A stretch of DNA of 64,000 bases, taken from positions 20,150,001 through 20,214,000 of the forward strand of contig CM060733.1 in the NCBI GenBank assembly GCA_030704615.1. The letters run 5' to 3'. This stretch comes from Takakia lepidozioides. Taxonomy: Eukaryota > Plantae > Bryophyta. The notes under the pieces were generated by a model that was given only the letters and a program-made list of their open reading frames with translations, searched no databases and was not told the DNA's origin. Position 1 is the stretch's first letter; every line of letters begins with the position of its first letter. This document shows, in pieces, positions 14,481 through 34,245 of the stretch. A program made the position numbers and the translations under genes.

Positions 14481-17400
14481 AAGCGCCAACCACCGGAACT
14501 ACGTCCAGGGAATGGAACCCAAGACCTGCATCGCCACATCGCCATCGACCTACCACCAGACCAGACCCCAACCTCCGCCGTGCCAACAGTTTGACGTTTT
14601 TTCGATATATAAGAGAAACAGGGGAAAAGGGATCCTTTTAATGTAGCGGGGCCGCTGTCAGGTCCTGTCCCCTCTGCACCCTGCGGCCTCATTACGACGA
14701 GGCCACACAAAATTCTGAGGCGCCCATTTGTATGAGTGAAGTCTTGTTGTTGCCAGCGAAACCTGCAGGATGACTTGCAGTTAGTTCAATTATACTCACC
14801 CATATGATTGTGGTTGAACTTCTGCAGCAGTTTGTTTACAGACACACGTTGTGTTTAACAGAGTCTGAGAATATCGTGTGATTGCTGAAACAAAGAAGAT
14901 CTCTGCCGACGGATCAATCATTTTCATTGAGGACCATTATACGACGCTTGCAACGGGAAATTCTCATCCGTGGTAATGGGAGGGCCAACTCACCGATTCT
15001 GGCAATTGAAATGGTAAGAAAGAGGGGACCGGATCCTGTTCAGCATCCATTCTTCAACTGCGTGCTCAATCTCTCTTTTGAAGTTCCAGAATACTAATCG
15101 TAGAAACATGTGGAAGCCAAATTCTGACTTTTGACTGCGAACTGAGCTACAAGGCTGCATTATCAGTGACTCAATATTTATTGCAAATAGAGAAGACGCA
15201 GTGGCTGATTTAGGGTTGTCAATGTGCAATAAAAAGGAAGCAAGAAAGGGATTCAACTCAATTGATTCATCATGGACAAGTATAAGGCAAAGAGGACACA
15301 CTTGAGCAGAAATCTAACATGATGGACCAATCATGGCAGTGACGAATTAATCTTCAGTAATTCAAATTCTTATCATTAGTTATAACTCAAAAGCATCACG
15401 ATAGAATAGCATGAATGTATTAGGGGTTGGTGGTCAACATTACATGAAACAAAAGAGAAACGAACTCACTTTAATTTAAGAAAGCTCTGACGAAACTGCA
15501 GCTCAACAAATAACAATGTGTCAAAGTGAGAAATGAATCTTGATGAGGCAGAGCATGGAAATTAACGTCACAGACGGCACAAGACTGGTAGCCAGGGTGA
15601 TCCAGGGGGGCGAAGAGGCAAGTGAGGGCCTCCATAACTAGCCTGCTATAACGATCAGGTAGGTTATCCTGATTAAGTTTTTGTTGGAAGGCCCCTGTGA
15701 GGGAGCCGGCCCAAAAACTTGTGTATGCTACTCTCTGCATCCCGCGCACGGTACTATTCAGTAAAAGACGAAAGATTACCTTACATTGTGCTGAGCACAT
15801 GGCTGTTGAGGAAGAGAATAGAAGGCACGATTATATATAGGACTCATCCATCGAGATGTCTGCAAACGATATGGGATAAATATCTGGGTATAATTTTCCA
15901 ACATAGAATGCAAAACCCTACCTTTGCAGGCAACTGCAAAATGCCGTAGCTGTTATGGGCTGCGTCGGCCTCGCAACCAAATGTTGAAGTGATGACAGCA
16001 AACACAGGAGTCTGGCGCTCTGAGGCCGGGACCGCAGCCATGGGGGTGTTGGGACTAGTGCTTGTTTCCTCTTGCAAGCTTTGCTTGCTTGTCGCTGTGC
16101 TTGGTGTAGGTTAGCAGCAATGGGGAGTGGGAGCATGCCAAAGGCCTACATTCTCCTCCAATTATCCCTCGATTCTCGTCGTCGTCTGTGTTTTGAAGTC
16201 CATGCTGTCTGTCTCTGCGTGTTATGAGTGTGGATTCATTTGGGAGGTGGCAGACACAAGAATCACTCCTTTGGAACCAAAATTTAGAATTGTTTGCCCC
16301 ATAGCCTTGTGGTAATAGACCCTTATACTTTAGAGAGCTGTTGGGATGAGGGCAATCAGCGGCCCAATTACACTGAGGATATCATGTCGTCTAATCATTT
16401 GCAGGAATACATGAGGTCAGACATGGTCAAGTATCTCCACTCCTCATACGCAAAAGAAACAGTGATTGAGTGTCCTCTAAGTATACAGCCTAGGCTTTGC
16501 ACCATGAACACCTTGGGAAGATACATAGTGCAAGCTTCTTAGGTGCCCTTAAGGGAAAGATTGGACTAGAACGAATAATGCAATTAGTGTACACGGGTAA
16601 TAGTAATCCGTGGATCCGTGTAATCTGTAATTAGTATATGTAAACCTGGCGGATAATCACGAGATAACACTGAACTAGAATAAGTTCGTACAGGGTTAGT
16701 TTGGATGCAGTTGTGAGGATAGCACAAAATTAAATATGAACATAGTTCAATTTTGATCTCATCTCTCTTGATTTGGTTGTGTGTAAGCTATAACATCCAA
16801 GAGATTGCAAATGATTAGGGCATAAGGCCTTGCATGTCCACCTTGGTACTTAATCGACCAAGGCTTCATGGATGATGTGATTTCAGTATGTGCTCACAAC
16901 TAGCTAAGTTTTGGATAGACTAAATAATATATAACTCCTGCCTCTTGAATAAGATGCCGCACTACCTGGTGCCATTGCAGTAGTAAAGGCAGTAAGTATA
17001 CAAACTGAGTCCACACAAATCCTGAAAGAAAGATGTCTACAGTGCACCACTGCATCACCTGCAACACCTTATCTATACGAAAGCCTTCAATTGTCAAAAG
17101 TTGATGACACCACCAGAACAGACAAGAACAATCTCCAATCCTCCAAGTAGGAGGAATTAGATCCACTGGAATCCTAATCCTCTGTTTAAAACTAGAAAAT
17201 GGAATGAACTTTGACCAAAAGGAGGAACTGATGCAGACAATCATCATCCTCCCATACGAAAAGATCAGAGCGCAGCCTGAAAAGAAACTGTTCAGAAACA
17301 TCATAGAACTTGTGCCCAAATGCTGATCCACATGCTGGAAAGCTAACAAAGGAATTCCACACATATCCAATCCTTCAAGAAGTTAATTGGTTTTCCTTTA

Positions 17401-17583
17401 GCCCATATCAATGGAGCAATATGATGTAGCAGTCACATTTCCAAGACTGCAAGTCAGACCTACCTACAAGACACTTTACAGCCTACAAAGACTAGACACT
17501 TACCTATTATGCACACCAAACTGCCTGGATAACAGTGCAACCTCCCTCTCTACATCTTCAAATCAAACCTTCATGCCTGGTTA

Positions 17584-19110
17584 TCAGCAATGAAAGCCGG
17601 AAATTACTCTGCTCCTACACGTTGGAGTTGATGTTGAGTTTTTCAGCTCTGATAAACGCAAACACTCACGCTGCAGGTCCCCACACATCTCCCGAATGAT
17701 CCTCTCTGAGACTCCCCTCACATATTTGTTCAGAGGCCATGGAGGAATCAATGCAGGCTCAAGAACCTGGTGGAAATTAACCCATGAACCTCCCAGAGGC
17801 TCTGCCCCCACCTTTCCTTCATTACCATGTATTGTACTTAATGATACTTTTGAGTTGCATGCAGGCATGCGCATGGGCTCCAGCTTCCACGAACCAGTGA
17901 ACTTCCGCATCATCCCTTGCTTTGCAAGATCAAATAGCATCTGCAATGGATCACTCATAGTATTCACAAAAACAACCCTTTCAATTTCCGCATTGTTATG
18001 TTGAAAACTGAAGCAAAACTAGCATGTGCAGTTTACAAGCATCCCAGCAATTCACATAAACTTAGCCTTCAGGGTCCCTGCAATTGAACAAAGCATTGAT
18101 CTCAGACATCATTCAGCATTTATATTTATATATATAGATAGATGGACACCAGACCAATCAAACCATCATTTGGTCTACTCTGTTGCTAGGCGCAATGCAT
18201 GTAGGTGCCCAATAAAATAGAGAGGACACTCGTACCAGGTACTGCTGTCGGTTTTGCTCGACAAGCACACGCGACACAAAGGTCCCAGAGAGCATCAAAA
18301 ACTGCCAACGGCCCAGCTGCTCAACTTCTACCAGCTGCCGGTTGCCATCATCCTCCAAAACCTTGCGATATGTCACCTCCTGGCAAGCCCCACCTCTCTT
18401 ACAAAGAGAACACGGAACACTGTGTCTGGACCCACTGCAGCTCCAATATCTTAGCTGAAGATAAGATGGAGTATGATGGCCTCATAAGCCTCAGAAGGAT
18501 AGTACCAGGAGTAGGAACCCCCATTATTGAAGCCTTTCCTACCATTCCGAAATTTATCAAACACCACATGATGACCGCACACTACCATGACCAAGTAGCC
18601 CGGAATTTTACTGTGTGTGGTGAGTGGCCAGAGACTTTAGAAACTGAAGATAAGCAGTCTCATCATCTAGAGGAGTACCCTCGTTAAGGCAAGAGGGCTA
18701 CCTTGTTGATGCTCAATCAACGTTAGGCTTTCTGATGTGTTTTTAAATCAACACCCAGTCCCTTATAACCTGACAGAGCATGGGTAAACTCGTAATTTGG
18801 GCTGAGTTTGGGCTGAGTTTGATACTTGACAGTCCAGAATACCCACCTTGATATTCTTGAATATTCGACGATTGTTGGGGTCTGTGATGATGTTGTAGAC
18901 TCCATCTGGATCCAGTGCAACTGAAAATCTTGCGTCAATCTGACAAAGGGTTCCCTTAGGCTGAGTGACCTTCAGCATAGGAGGCTCATGCACGAAGTCA
19001 CCTGGAACCCATGCTTCATCTTCCAGAACTGCCCTGCCACCTTGTTCCACGCCATCTAAAACCTTCACCTCCAAGCTGCCTTTGCTCTCCAATGGTTCCT
19101 TGGCAGGCAT
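17584..19110 (-). CDS. SRPBCC/START-like polyketide cyclase/dehydrase and lipid transport protein (about 254 aa). Exons 19110-18847, 18379-18236, 17940-17584.
   Basis: In-frame GT-AG splicing gives PDGVYNIITDPNNRRIFKNIK|EVTYRKVLEDDGNRQLVEVEQ...|MLFDLAKQGMMRKFTGSWKLEP...PPWPLNKYVRG, typical of this plant family. The start codon is uncertain; a probable upstream UTR exon ends at about 19538. Confidence 0.85.
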
Positions 19111-21211
19111 ACTGCATCCAAAGAAAGAGACAAGTCCTGCTGGAAAATAAGGGCCACTGAACATTACCATCAGAGAAGACCTTTCTTTCTCTCCGAGAAA
19201 AGTGGACCATTCATTTTGTGACAGGGCCTACGACAGAGAAAAGGTCCACATTTTGATCCACCAACTGGACAAGAACAGCCAGATCAGAGAGGACTCAGAA
19301 AGGTACATGTATGGTGATGGGGCTGGCTAATCTGAATTTCCAGTTCTACAAAAACATAATCATGCCTTCCTACCTGTCCCACTAAGTTCTGCACACTGTT
19401 CTGCACACTCCTCGCAAAGACTTCAGACAAACTTCCACACATTGAAACAGAAGGATAATGTAACGTACCTCATGAGGATAGGATTTGTATGGGGTGTAAC
19501 ATGTGAGAAATTGAGATAGTTTTAGAGGTTGCTCACCATTGTGCAGAATCTTCAGCTATGAGGAACCAAATTGCTCAGCAGCTTATTTGGCACTCGGCCG
19601 CCGAGCAACTGTTGGGGTTTGCAATGCTCTTCTGGTTTTACTGTGGTTGGAGAAAATAAGCGTCTCTCTTAGTTGGTGGTTGTGGTGACTGGCTGTTGGG
19701 GCCTCATTTTGCTATTTCCTTTTCTCCTTTTTCCTTTGTCCCATAACCTCTTGGAGCGTCCCATGGCCGTTATGAAATTCCTTTCTTCATCTTTTTCTCG
19801 TGAAGTTCCTTCTTTCATTCCCCCTCACACACAGCGAAGTGAAAAACTAAAAAGTACATTCGTCCACAAGAGAACCAGGAGGGTCTCCGGGGCATAAAAA
19901 AGTGAAACCCTTCCAACAAATGCTTGTTTCACGAGGGCATGACAAAGCCCTGTTCTACATAAAGTTGGGTGTATGTGTGGGAGAGAAAACAATGGACGAA
20001 TCTAACTCGCTTGCCACGGCCTTCTGGTCCTCCACTTGTCTCGATCAAGAGGGGAAGGAGGCCGCGGAGAGAAGACAGGAATCGGCACCATGCCAAAGTT
20101 ACGATGGGACTTACCTGCAAGACTGAACTTGACTCTGGCCTCCCAGTTTTCCCAAAGATGCTCGGCACAGCTCAAGACAATGACGAAAGTTGTGACCTCG
20201 TTAGAATCTGAATTTGTGAGCAAGATCCCACACTGATGCTCTCCTCAACTGAGCGGAAAGGGGTCGTTTATCTTGACGAAAGGCCCAGAGAGGTGAACAG
20301 CCAACCATTTCATAATCCTCACAGAAAAGTAATGCCTCTGCCTGCGATGAGCAGTATCTGCAGGGTGGCACAAATATTGGTCTTGCCCAGCAGCCACAGG
20401 AACAGCGCGTTTGATTCACAACACATGGAGCTCACCTCCATATGTTGCACATGCCACAGACAGACCGGCAGGTTTGAAGCGCTTCAAGGATCTGGAGTTA
20501 ATAAGTCGAGTTCTTGCACTAGTGAGAGTTTCGTCAAAGCAAAAAGCATTGCTGGTAACGCTTTTGTTATCTCTATAACATGGTGGCGAGGATGATGGTA
20601 AGCTTGAAGATCGTCATGGATTACTCCAGGCCAATGTTGGAAGGCTTGAATACTTCTCTATATGGACATGTTGCACGAGTCTTCTTCCTTTAAAGATTGC
20701 TTAGACCTTTTCTCTAGGGCACACAGAATCTCATTTCGGAGAAACCCTCTCCATCCTCAAGGTTGGTGAACTGAGAGGCGCTTTGGCCCGCTTCTGGCTT
20801 TGTACTTCGTCTACATCTCAGTGAAGTATTCTGATCTTGTTCATATCACCAAACAGTCTTACTCTTCACCATTCAAAATGCAACAACGTGTAGGAGGAGC
20901 ATGGCCTTTGAATTCCTGGAGCTTTGTGCTGTAGCATCTTGGCACAATTAGTACGACATGGAAATTGGACTTAGAATGCAAGACCTGAGTTGTGTGAGTA
21001 GAATTTGGCTGCCAAAAATGTGCACTGGATAAACTCATCAAGTGAAGAAAGGTAGGACCAGGTTTCTGCACCCAAAGGATGCAATCTTCCAGCTACAGAG
21101 CTCCTTGACAAGCTGCCAGTGACCACTGCAGCCGCTCAGTTACGGAACGTCAGGCAGGGTGAATGCCTTCTGAAATTGTTACTAGAACCATTGATTGTCC
21201 AGAGTGGGCCT

Positions 21212-26976
<5,765 letters not shown>

Positions 26977-28814
26977 TTTGTACTTCCTGATGGCACGTGT
27001 CAATCCAACATTTGAGATAAATAAACTGTAATAACGTGGCAAGGCAGATGGTCTCTCCCATTTGGGATACACATTTTCTCAGTAAAATTTCAACACCTAT
27101 ATCCTACCCTGAATCTCAAAACTCGGTAAGTTTGGGATGAATAGAAAATACAATTATGAAAAATGCCTAAAAAGGCAAGAGATGGAATGTCCGAGTTACT
27201 CACTGTGGGGAGGGAAGAGGGAACGACGCAGACACAAAGACAGCTCATGCTACAAAATTCATTGAATTGTAAGCATAGGCCCTGTCGATCCCACTTGGTT
27301 GGGTGTTTGACATAGAAGGACAGACACCCCACCAAGAATGGCGCAATGGACCACATCATGGATCGAACAATGCCCTACTGATTAACGACGATCTGCTTGC
27401 ACACGTTTCATTGCCACTGACAGTGTGGTGAACCGGACATAACAGGGATAGATTGATCGGATACAAAGATCCTGCCTCACTGACGTCATACTCCCACATG
27501 CATTCCTTTTTGCTAACAGCACACCAGATGTCAAGGGACACAGGCAATTTTCTGCTCACCAGTCAGTTCAGAGGCAAAGGGAACTTCTCGGATTCAATTC
27601 CAAACACTCGAAACACAGTGTCTAAAATATCCAAGGATCAATACATCCATGGGAAGATAAAATGCAAACATAAGACTGACAGGGACAGAGCTATTGAACG
27701 GGGAACCCGCTACATCTCGCCACAAATCCTAAATTGAGGAGCATGCAGGGATTAGATAGCAGGTCCCAATAGATGCGTATGAGAAGCTTACCAAGGATGC
27801 AATCACAGAGCGATGGCAGAGAGGCGCTGCGGAGCTCACGAACTAGGCAGCGCGATCGCACCACTGTTGTTTCTCTTCTCGTGCGTCCTCTTCCACACTA
27901 GACTACTGCCATCTGCCGGTCGAGAGGGATAAACAACTGGCATCTACCGGTGGTCGAAGCAAGGAATCGATACTATGCGATAAAAGAATATTCGATACGG
28001 GGCCATATACTCCCCACAAAATATAAAGTGCTAAAGTTACTCACCCTTGCCCCATCAGTGTCCAGGCTTCCCAATATAACCTAACCCACATTTTTATCCT
28101 TTTGTTTCATTTGTTGGCTCCTCTTTATTGGCTCTGTCCCTTCAGGGCAGAGACTTTGCATCATGTTGAAGTCATTGGAGAAAATGTGGTCAACGGCCTT
28201 ACACCTTGTCAAGAGTATGATTGGTCTAAAAAAGCTTTTAAGTATAAACCCACTGGTAGCTTGTCAAAATTTTGCTTCAATGGACAGAGCCTCTTACGGT
28301 TTGCGGCTTGTTCTAATTCTAAAGAGGAGACTTACGCAGTGTCAAAACTCACTAAGCCCGTAACTTATTGTGCTTTCTCAGACGTTCTCCTCTCCATGGC
28401 TGAAAACTACTTCCAGATATTCTTTTAAAGGCAGTGTTACCTCCCTCAGATAACATCTTCTTATTGAACAATTTATGAAAAATAAATGGATGAATTTTCA
28501 GGTTTATTATGGATGAAAGTAGATTTCACTATTCGCAAAAATATGCCATACCCGTCTTGTTTTCATTTGTGTTCATTTTTAAACCACATTTTACCAGAGG
28601 GGAGAAAATATTTTTGATGATAAAGAAAACAAGCGACTCCGCCACAAGAGGCTATGTCCTTTGGTGATTTTGGGGTTGTTGTTTTATACTTTTTTTCCCA
28701 GGGCTTCATGAATCATGCCCATCAACCCCGTTCTCCCCCAAGGCAACATGTCTCCACCATGCCTCTATCCTTTGCGGATCCCATCAACCCTCCATAGACT
28801 AGGCTTAATGGTGG

Positions 28815-29595
28815 CGTGCGCATACACAACTACATCGTTGTCCAAAACCACACAACACATGTGCACACCAAACACTAGTCTATCACTAGTCTACCACTAG
28901 TGCACCATTAGGCTGCCATTAGACAACCACTAGTCACCACTAGTGCAGCCACTAGTCCACCACTAGGTTGCCACTAGCCACCACTAGTGCAACCACTAGT
29001 CCAACCACTAGGCTGCCACTAGCCATTACTAGTGCAGCCACTAGTCCATCACAATAGATAAAGAAATGAAGATACAAGCACACAAGCTCTCTCAAACTCA
29101 CATACTTGCACATGAAAACATCACTCATATATTAAGTCAAGCCAAGTGCACCCTACGTCATGGGGAATCCACACTACGGCGCCAAAGCTCAACTCGAGAA
29201 ATGTGAGCCCACCGCGATCTGCCGTGAAAATAACAACGTCAGGTGACTAAACATATTTTGGTCCCTGGATTGACACTTGGGTCAATCTCAAATATCAATA
29301 TATAAAAGCTAACTATTTTCTAGTTAACTTCACACTAGTGGTAAAATAACTTGACAGTTGTCGTGCGCATACATATCGCTACACAACTACATCGCTGTCC
29401 AAAACCACACAACACATGTGCAGACCAAACACCCTATAGGGTAACATGTTTATCGTGTATAGGTGTTACTTGTTTCTTAAGTGCTGCTGCGAGGGCCTAG
29501 CCACTAGTCCACCACTAGGCTGCCACTAGCCACCACTAGTGCAGCCACTAGTGCAGCCACTAGTCCAACCATTAAGCTACCACTAGCCACCACTC
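28815..29595. repeat. CCACTAG-based minisatellite and a duplicated block on both sides of the left LTR
   Basis: CCACTAG(TGCAG/GCTG/TCCA) arrays at about 28870-29050 and 29497-29595. CGTGCGCATACA...CCAAAACCACACAACACATGTGCA occurs at about 28816 and 29363. Confidence 0.75.
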
Positions 29596-29597
29596 AA

Positions 29598-29934
29598 TAC
29601 GACCTTGGATGTCACAACAAGACATGCGATTATAAGGGTCAGGGAGGTGTTGCCTTCAGGAGTGTTGATTCTGGAGGGTCGAGATAGCATGGTATGGAAG
29701 GACCATGTACGCAATTGTGCGCCATGTCACCTTCCACATGTGGATGGGAGGATAGAGCCCAACCTTACACTGGTACCTGCAGGGTTGCATTGCATGCTAT
29801 GTGGGCATGTTCGTGGTGCCGCCACTATGCTAGTGTGTAATCGATGCTCAAGAGGTTGGCACATGGGATGATTGACACCATCTCTTGAGAGGGTTCCTGA
29901 TGGAGATTGGTTATGTCCACACTGCTTGGGATAG
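29598..29934 (+). pseudogene. Integrase C-terminal extension with a PHD finger (inverted segment of the DNMT retrotransposon)
   Basis: TTLDVT...LRVREVLPSG-like sequence, then CMLC...MLVCNRCSRGWHMG*LTPSLERVPDGDWLCPHC, a C4HC3 PHD finger with one Cys changed to TGA (29869-29871). Confidence 0.9.
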
Positions 29935-30183
29935 TGGCAGTGGATATGACTAGTGGCAGCTAACAAGACATGGGAGGCCAAGCTCATAGGAGTCAATACC
30001 TGAGATCTCAGGCTCAAGTTCACAGGTTGCAAGATGGCGACTAACGATGGGGCAACTTTTGTACCCAGCCTCTTGATCTATCGAGTTTGAGTGTAGTAGG
30101 GACAGTGGTGGAAGACTCAGTGAGGCTATGGCCACTATCACATCTTGTGGATACCTGGACTTAGAGGGACCTAAGCGCCAGCT

Positions 30184-32431
30184 AAGGGGGCGTTGTCTGC
30201 TGCAGATACACATAGTCCCCAGGGTGGAAACGCCGAACACTTGGCCGATATCCCCCTCCACGTATAGTGACATACCTCAATGTGTCTCGGTGTTGGGCAA
30301 TAGCAAGATTCTCAAAAGCCATAGGCATGACTCTCTTGAACAACTCTACCCGCTGGGCACATGCTTGTGTCCACACATCCGGATCATCAAGGTTGAGGAC
30401 TACCGCAGCCTCCCTGCGAATAGATGTAGGCAAATCCGGCTCTCGGCCAAAGAGAATAAATATGGTGAGAAAGAGGCAAGTGATGTTTGCTTGCTAAACC
30501 TATAGCCCATGACTAACCAAGGTACCTGAAGATCCCAATCTCCTATGTGTCCATTTTGCAAACCATACTTACACAAACCCCTCTTCACTGTCTAAACCAC
30601 TTTCTCTGTCAAGCCATCGGCCTCAGGATGGTCCCGAGAAGTGGTATGGTGGTCTATCAAGGCTTTATCACACAAAGCCTGAAACTCGTGTGCATACCAC
30701 GCCACCAATACTGCCCCTGCAGTAAACTATGAGTGCGTCGCACTCCGAAATGCCCCAACTCCTCATGGGCATGCCGCACTAACCGTGCACGTTGTGTTGG
30801 GTGAGGCACGATCCTCACCCGACCATCCTCCCACGCTCGAAGCAGGTGTATCCCCTCCCACTTGAATCTCTTGGCTCGTTGCAGGATCCGATCCATCTCC
30901 TTGGCAGTCACACTAGCTGTCGTGTCTCCAGTGCAGAGGTAGTCCAACACAACCCAATCCTCATGTATATCTCTGGTACCACCTGACTCATCACTAGCCT
31001 CAGGGTCCTCAGACACTCCGTGTCGCGGCCCTTTGCCTTGAGGGCGGGGAGGGGTCGGGACACATGAGGGGTTGCCCCTGTGGTGGGGGCAGCGGCAGCG
31101 GCAGCAATAGGTATGGGGGGCTGAAGCACCCTTGAGTGCCCAAGGCACCCAAGGAGGCGGAGGCGCTCACTAGGTGGAGCCCCGCACACCGGGTTGCGGT
31201 GGGGGTGGCTCCACAAGGGGTGGTGGTAGCTTAGCGGGACTTAGTGGGGGTGGCTTAGGACTCACCATGGGGGCGGAGACCTCGTGGTGGGAGTCGTGGG
31301 AAGTCTTGGGACTCATCACGGTCCATAGGGGCCGTGGTGAGTGGGCCAAGACTCACCGCGACTCATCACCGGGAGTCGAGGGTTTTCGTGGTGGTTCGCC
31401 ATAAAATGGCATGGCTGGTTGTGAAACCCCCGCAGACTGCTACAGAAGTATATATAGGGAGTAGTAACCCCGAGAACGGTGCAAGCCCGTTAGTGACCAA
31501 AAACTAGTGAGTAAGCGAGCGAGCCGGAAAGCGACCAAAGAGTGGGGAGCTGTTCCGGACTGCCAACTACCAAAGGGAATTCCCGCTGGTTCCAAATCGG
31601 TGGAGGGTTCTTTGGGAGAACAAAGGGGGACCGTTATGCCCCGGTGAGCAGCCGAAGCTCCAAGTTGGCCCAGCAGCCAGATTGGGAGTCAGGCGCGCGC
31701 ATCAAAGCGAGTAACTATGACTTGAGGGGGAGCTTACCGAAGTGAGGTGCGCGACACTCCGTCTACAGTCATCCTTGTTGTAGGTCCAACCTGACCTCCC
31801 GATGCCAAGATATACAAAAAGGCAGATGCATGTCATCCCGACACCATCTCCTCGTCCGTCTCACCATGCCACCGAGCTCCAGTGTCATCATGATGGCTCG
31901 TGCATGGATTGCGACTCAATCCATCCGCATCCCTATTGACCAATCCGGTCAATGCACAACCTGAAAGTCATACTCTTGGAGTATAAGTGCCCACCTTGAA
32001 AGCTTCCCCGTAAGCTTGTCTGATTCCATCAACTACTTGAACCCCATGAAAGCTCAAACTCGGCTCACATCTGTGGGGCATGGAATCTATGCGAATACGT
32101 CTCTCTATCCAATTGCCATAGACATCCTTCTTGGCTGGCATCACCGTGGCTGAAGCATATTCTCCACCAGAGAGCTCAACTAAACCAGCCTCCCAGAGAT
32201 CTTGAGTCCTCATCTGAATCAAAGACCTCTCCATGTCACTATATCTATACGGTCTCCAAAAGATTGGCGTGTCCGTGGCCAACTCAATACGAATCTCCTG
32301 ACCCTTCAGTGCTCCCAAAATCCTTCAAACTGAAGGCAAAACAATTCCTGTAAGCCCTCAAGAACCGCCATATACGTCATCTCTCTCCTCCAGCGACAAT
32401 GGGTCCAATGTCAGGCTCCCAATTGTCCTCC
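30184..32431 (-). pseudogene. RT N-terminus, RNase H end and integrase of the DNMT retrotransposon, with deletions
   Basis: PIFWRPYRYS...YASATVMPAKKD (RT start; the YxDD region is deleted), LSRWALILQEYDF...DADGLSR, HEELGHFGVRRTHSLLQGQYWW (integrase Zn domain), HPEADGL and RFHPGDYVYL. Confidence 0.88.
31021..31756 (+). mobile_element. Solo LTR of the chromovirus family at 36621-43204
   Basis: TGTCGCG...CGCGACA termini, 5-bp TSD CTCCG (31016-31020 and 31757-31761), and near-identity to the reverse complement of 42478-43204. Confidence 0.96.
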
Positions 32432-33199
32432 CACTAGAAGCATTCGTGTCATTTACCACTGGGGTAACCACTCATTTTGAGTCATAAAAGTCAAAAAACC
32501 GGGATTGACTGGAAGTTACAAACGACTAGTTACAACAGATGTGGAAGTTGGGTCGGACATCCAATGATTGGAGTGGTGAAGGACGCAGACGCGTGAACAA
32601 TTATTGCGATTAATGCTAAAGAACCACGTGGCGTAACCAGGCGGGCTGCCTGTGTCTGACCTTTTGGGTTGACTTTGACTTTTCCCTCCGGATGAGTGGA
32701 CTGACTCACTAGAGCACGGTGACACATGGACGCGGATGTGGACGTCGATGTGGCGGCGCCGCGACGACCACCACTGCTGCCACGTAGCCACAGGCCCGGG
32801 CGCCACGTGGTAGTCGACCACATAACTTGTAGTGCTACATGCCCAGTGGCAACTGCGACTACGGAAGTCGACGCAACCACTGCTTTACTACTTTAAATGA
32901 AGTGCTCGAAATTACTTGAACAATCACTCATAGTGGTTCATGCTTTGAAGTTTTGGTGTTTGTAGTGAGCACGCATGTAATGCCATACAAGAGAATTAAT
33001 CATGTCATTAGATTCGCGAAAATAATGAAAGACATGTCATGAAACAAAATGAAATGAAAAAGAAATGAAATGAAACAAAATGGTACTTTATTACATCTGC
33101 AGAAAGCTCAAAGAGCTTATGGTACAAAATGAAAAACCAAAGTAAAAAAGCAGCCCAAAGCTACTACTGCTCTGGGGATTGCCTAAGGGTCAAGGCCTC

Positions 33200-34245
33200 G
33201 TGCAGGTAAGCTGCCAAGCAATTGTGATCCTCATAATGCAAGACTCAGTGACAGATTGAGTCCCACGGAATAGACCTGCCCATGCAGGTTTCTTGTAGCT
33301 ATTGATCCACAGGGAATCATAGGTAATCTTGTGCTTGAGATCTGGCCCTCTTGGATGAATATGGACCCACACTCTCTTTGCTCCTTTAGCTACCCATGCC
33401 TCTGCACAAATTATGCATTCATCCTTGCCTTGTTGCTAGTAGCTGACAATGATAGCCTATATTTATTCTAGGAAACACCCAACTTAACTTCTCACACTAG
33501 TTCCTATGCTGAATGTGTCTGCTACTCTATGGAATGTAACAGACATTCACCTTTTTGCCTCGGTTGTCCCATCATTGACTGGGCCAGAAAAGTATTCATT
33601 CCACAGCTTCTCCTCATCTCTGTTACTTGTTTTTTGATACTTTCATGTTGTCACATTGGCAGTATCATGTCAAAGTCACTCCAAACTAGATTCACTCAAC
33701 CAGCTAACTTGCAGAATTCAACATGGAAATTGAGGGCCGATTCTGATAAGAAGGAAATACAAGGTGAAATGTGTTGAAGAATTAGCAATGTCTGATTTTA
33801 TAAATTGTGCCGCTGCTGCCAGTTGACCATCTACCCATGCAGGTTTCTTGTAGCTACAGAGTCAATCTGGAGCTTGAAGCCCGGCCCTCTTGGGTGAATT
33901 TGCACCCACACTCTATCCCTGCTCCTTCAACTATCCATGCCTCCTATGCTGAATTGCGTCTACTACTCTCTGTCATCTAATAGGCATTCAACTTTTTGCC
34001 TCGGTTGTCCCACCATTCACTGGGGTCAACAAAGTATTCATTCCACACCTTCTCCTCATCTCTGTTATCTGTTTTGGATACTTTCCTGCTGCCACATCGG
34101 TAGTTACTTGTCATAGTCATTCCAAACCACCACAGATCCACCCAACAAGCTAACTTACAGAATTCAATATGCATCTCAGGGCCGAGTCTGATGAGAGGGC
34201 AAAACAGGCTGAAATAGGTCGAAGAAGAAGGTGCCCTCACCACAT
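33200..34245 (-). pseudogene. Two tandem degenerate copies of a two-exon PDF (OSB-type) motif
   Basis: EEKVWNEYFVDPSEWWDNRGKK (about 33990-34070) and HPRGPDLKHKITYDSLWINSYKKPAW (about 33280-33360). Further partial copies at about 33550-33620 and 33820-33900. Confidence 0.8.

Noticed and set aside
19900-20900. Short ORFs between PGM and the SRPBCC gene, and similar ones at 14.9-17.4 kb
   Set aside because: No motifs or consistent exon chain; probably UTR, intergenic or decayed sequence.
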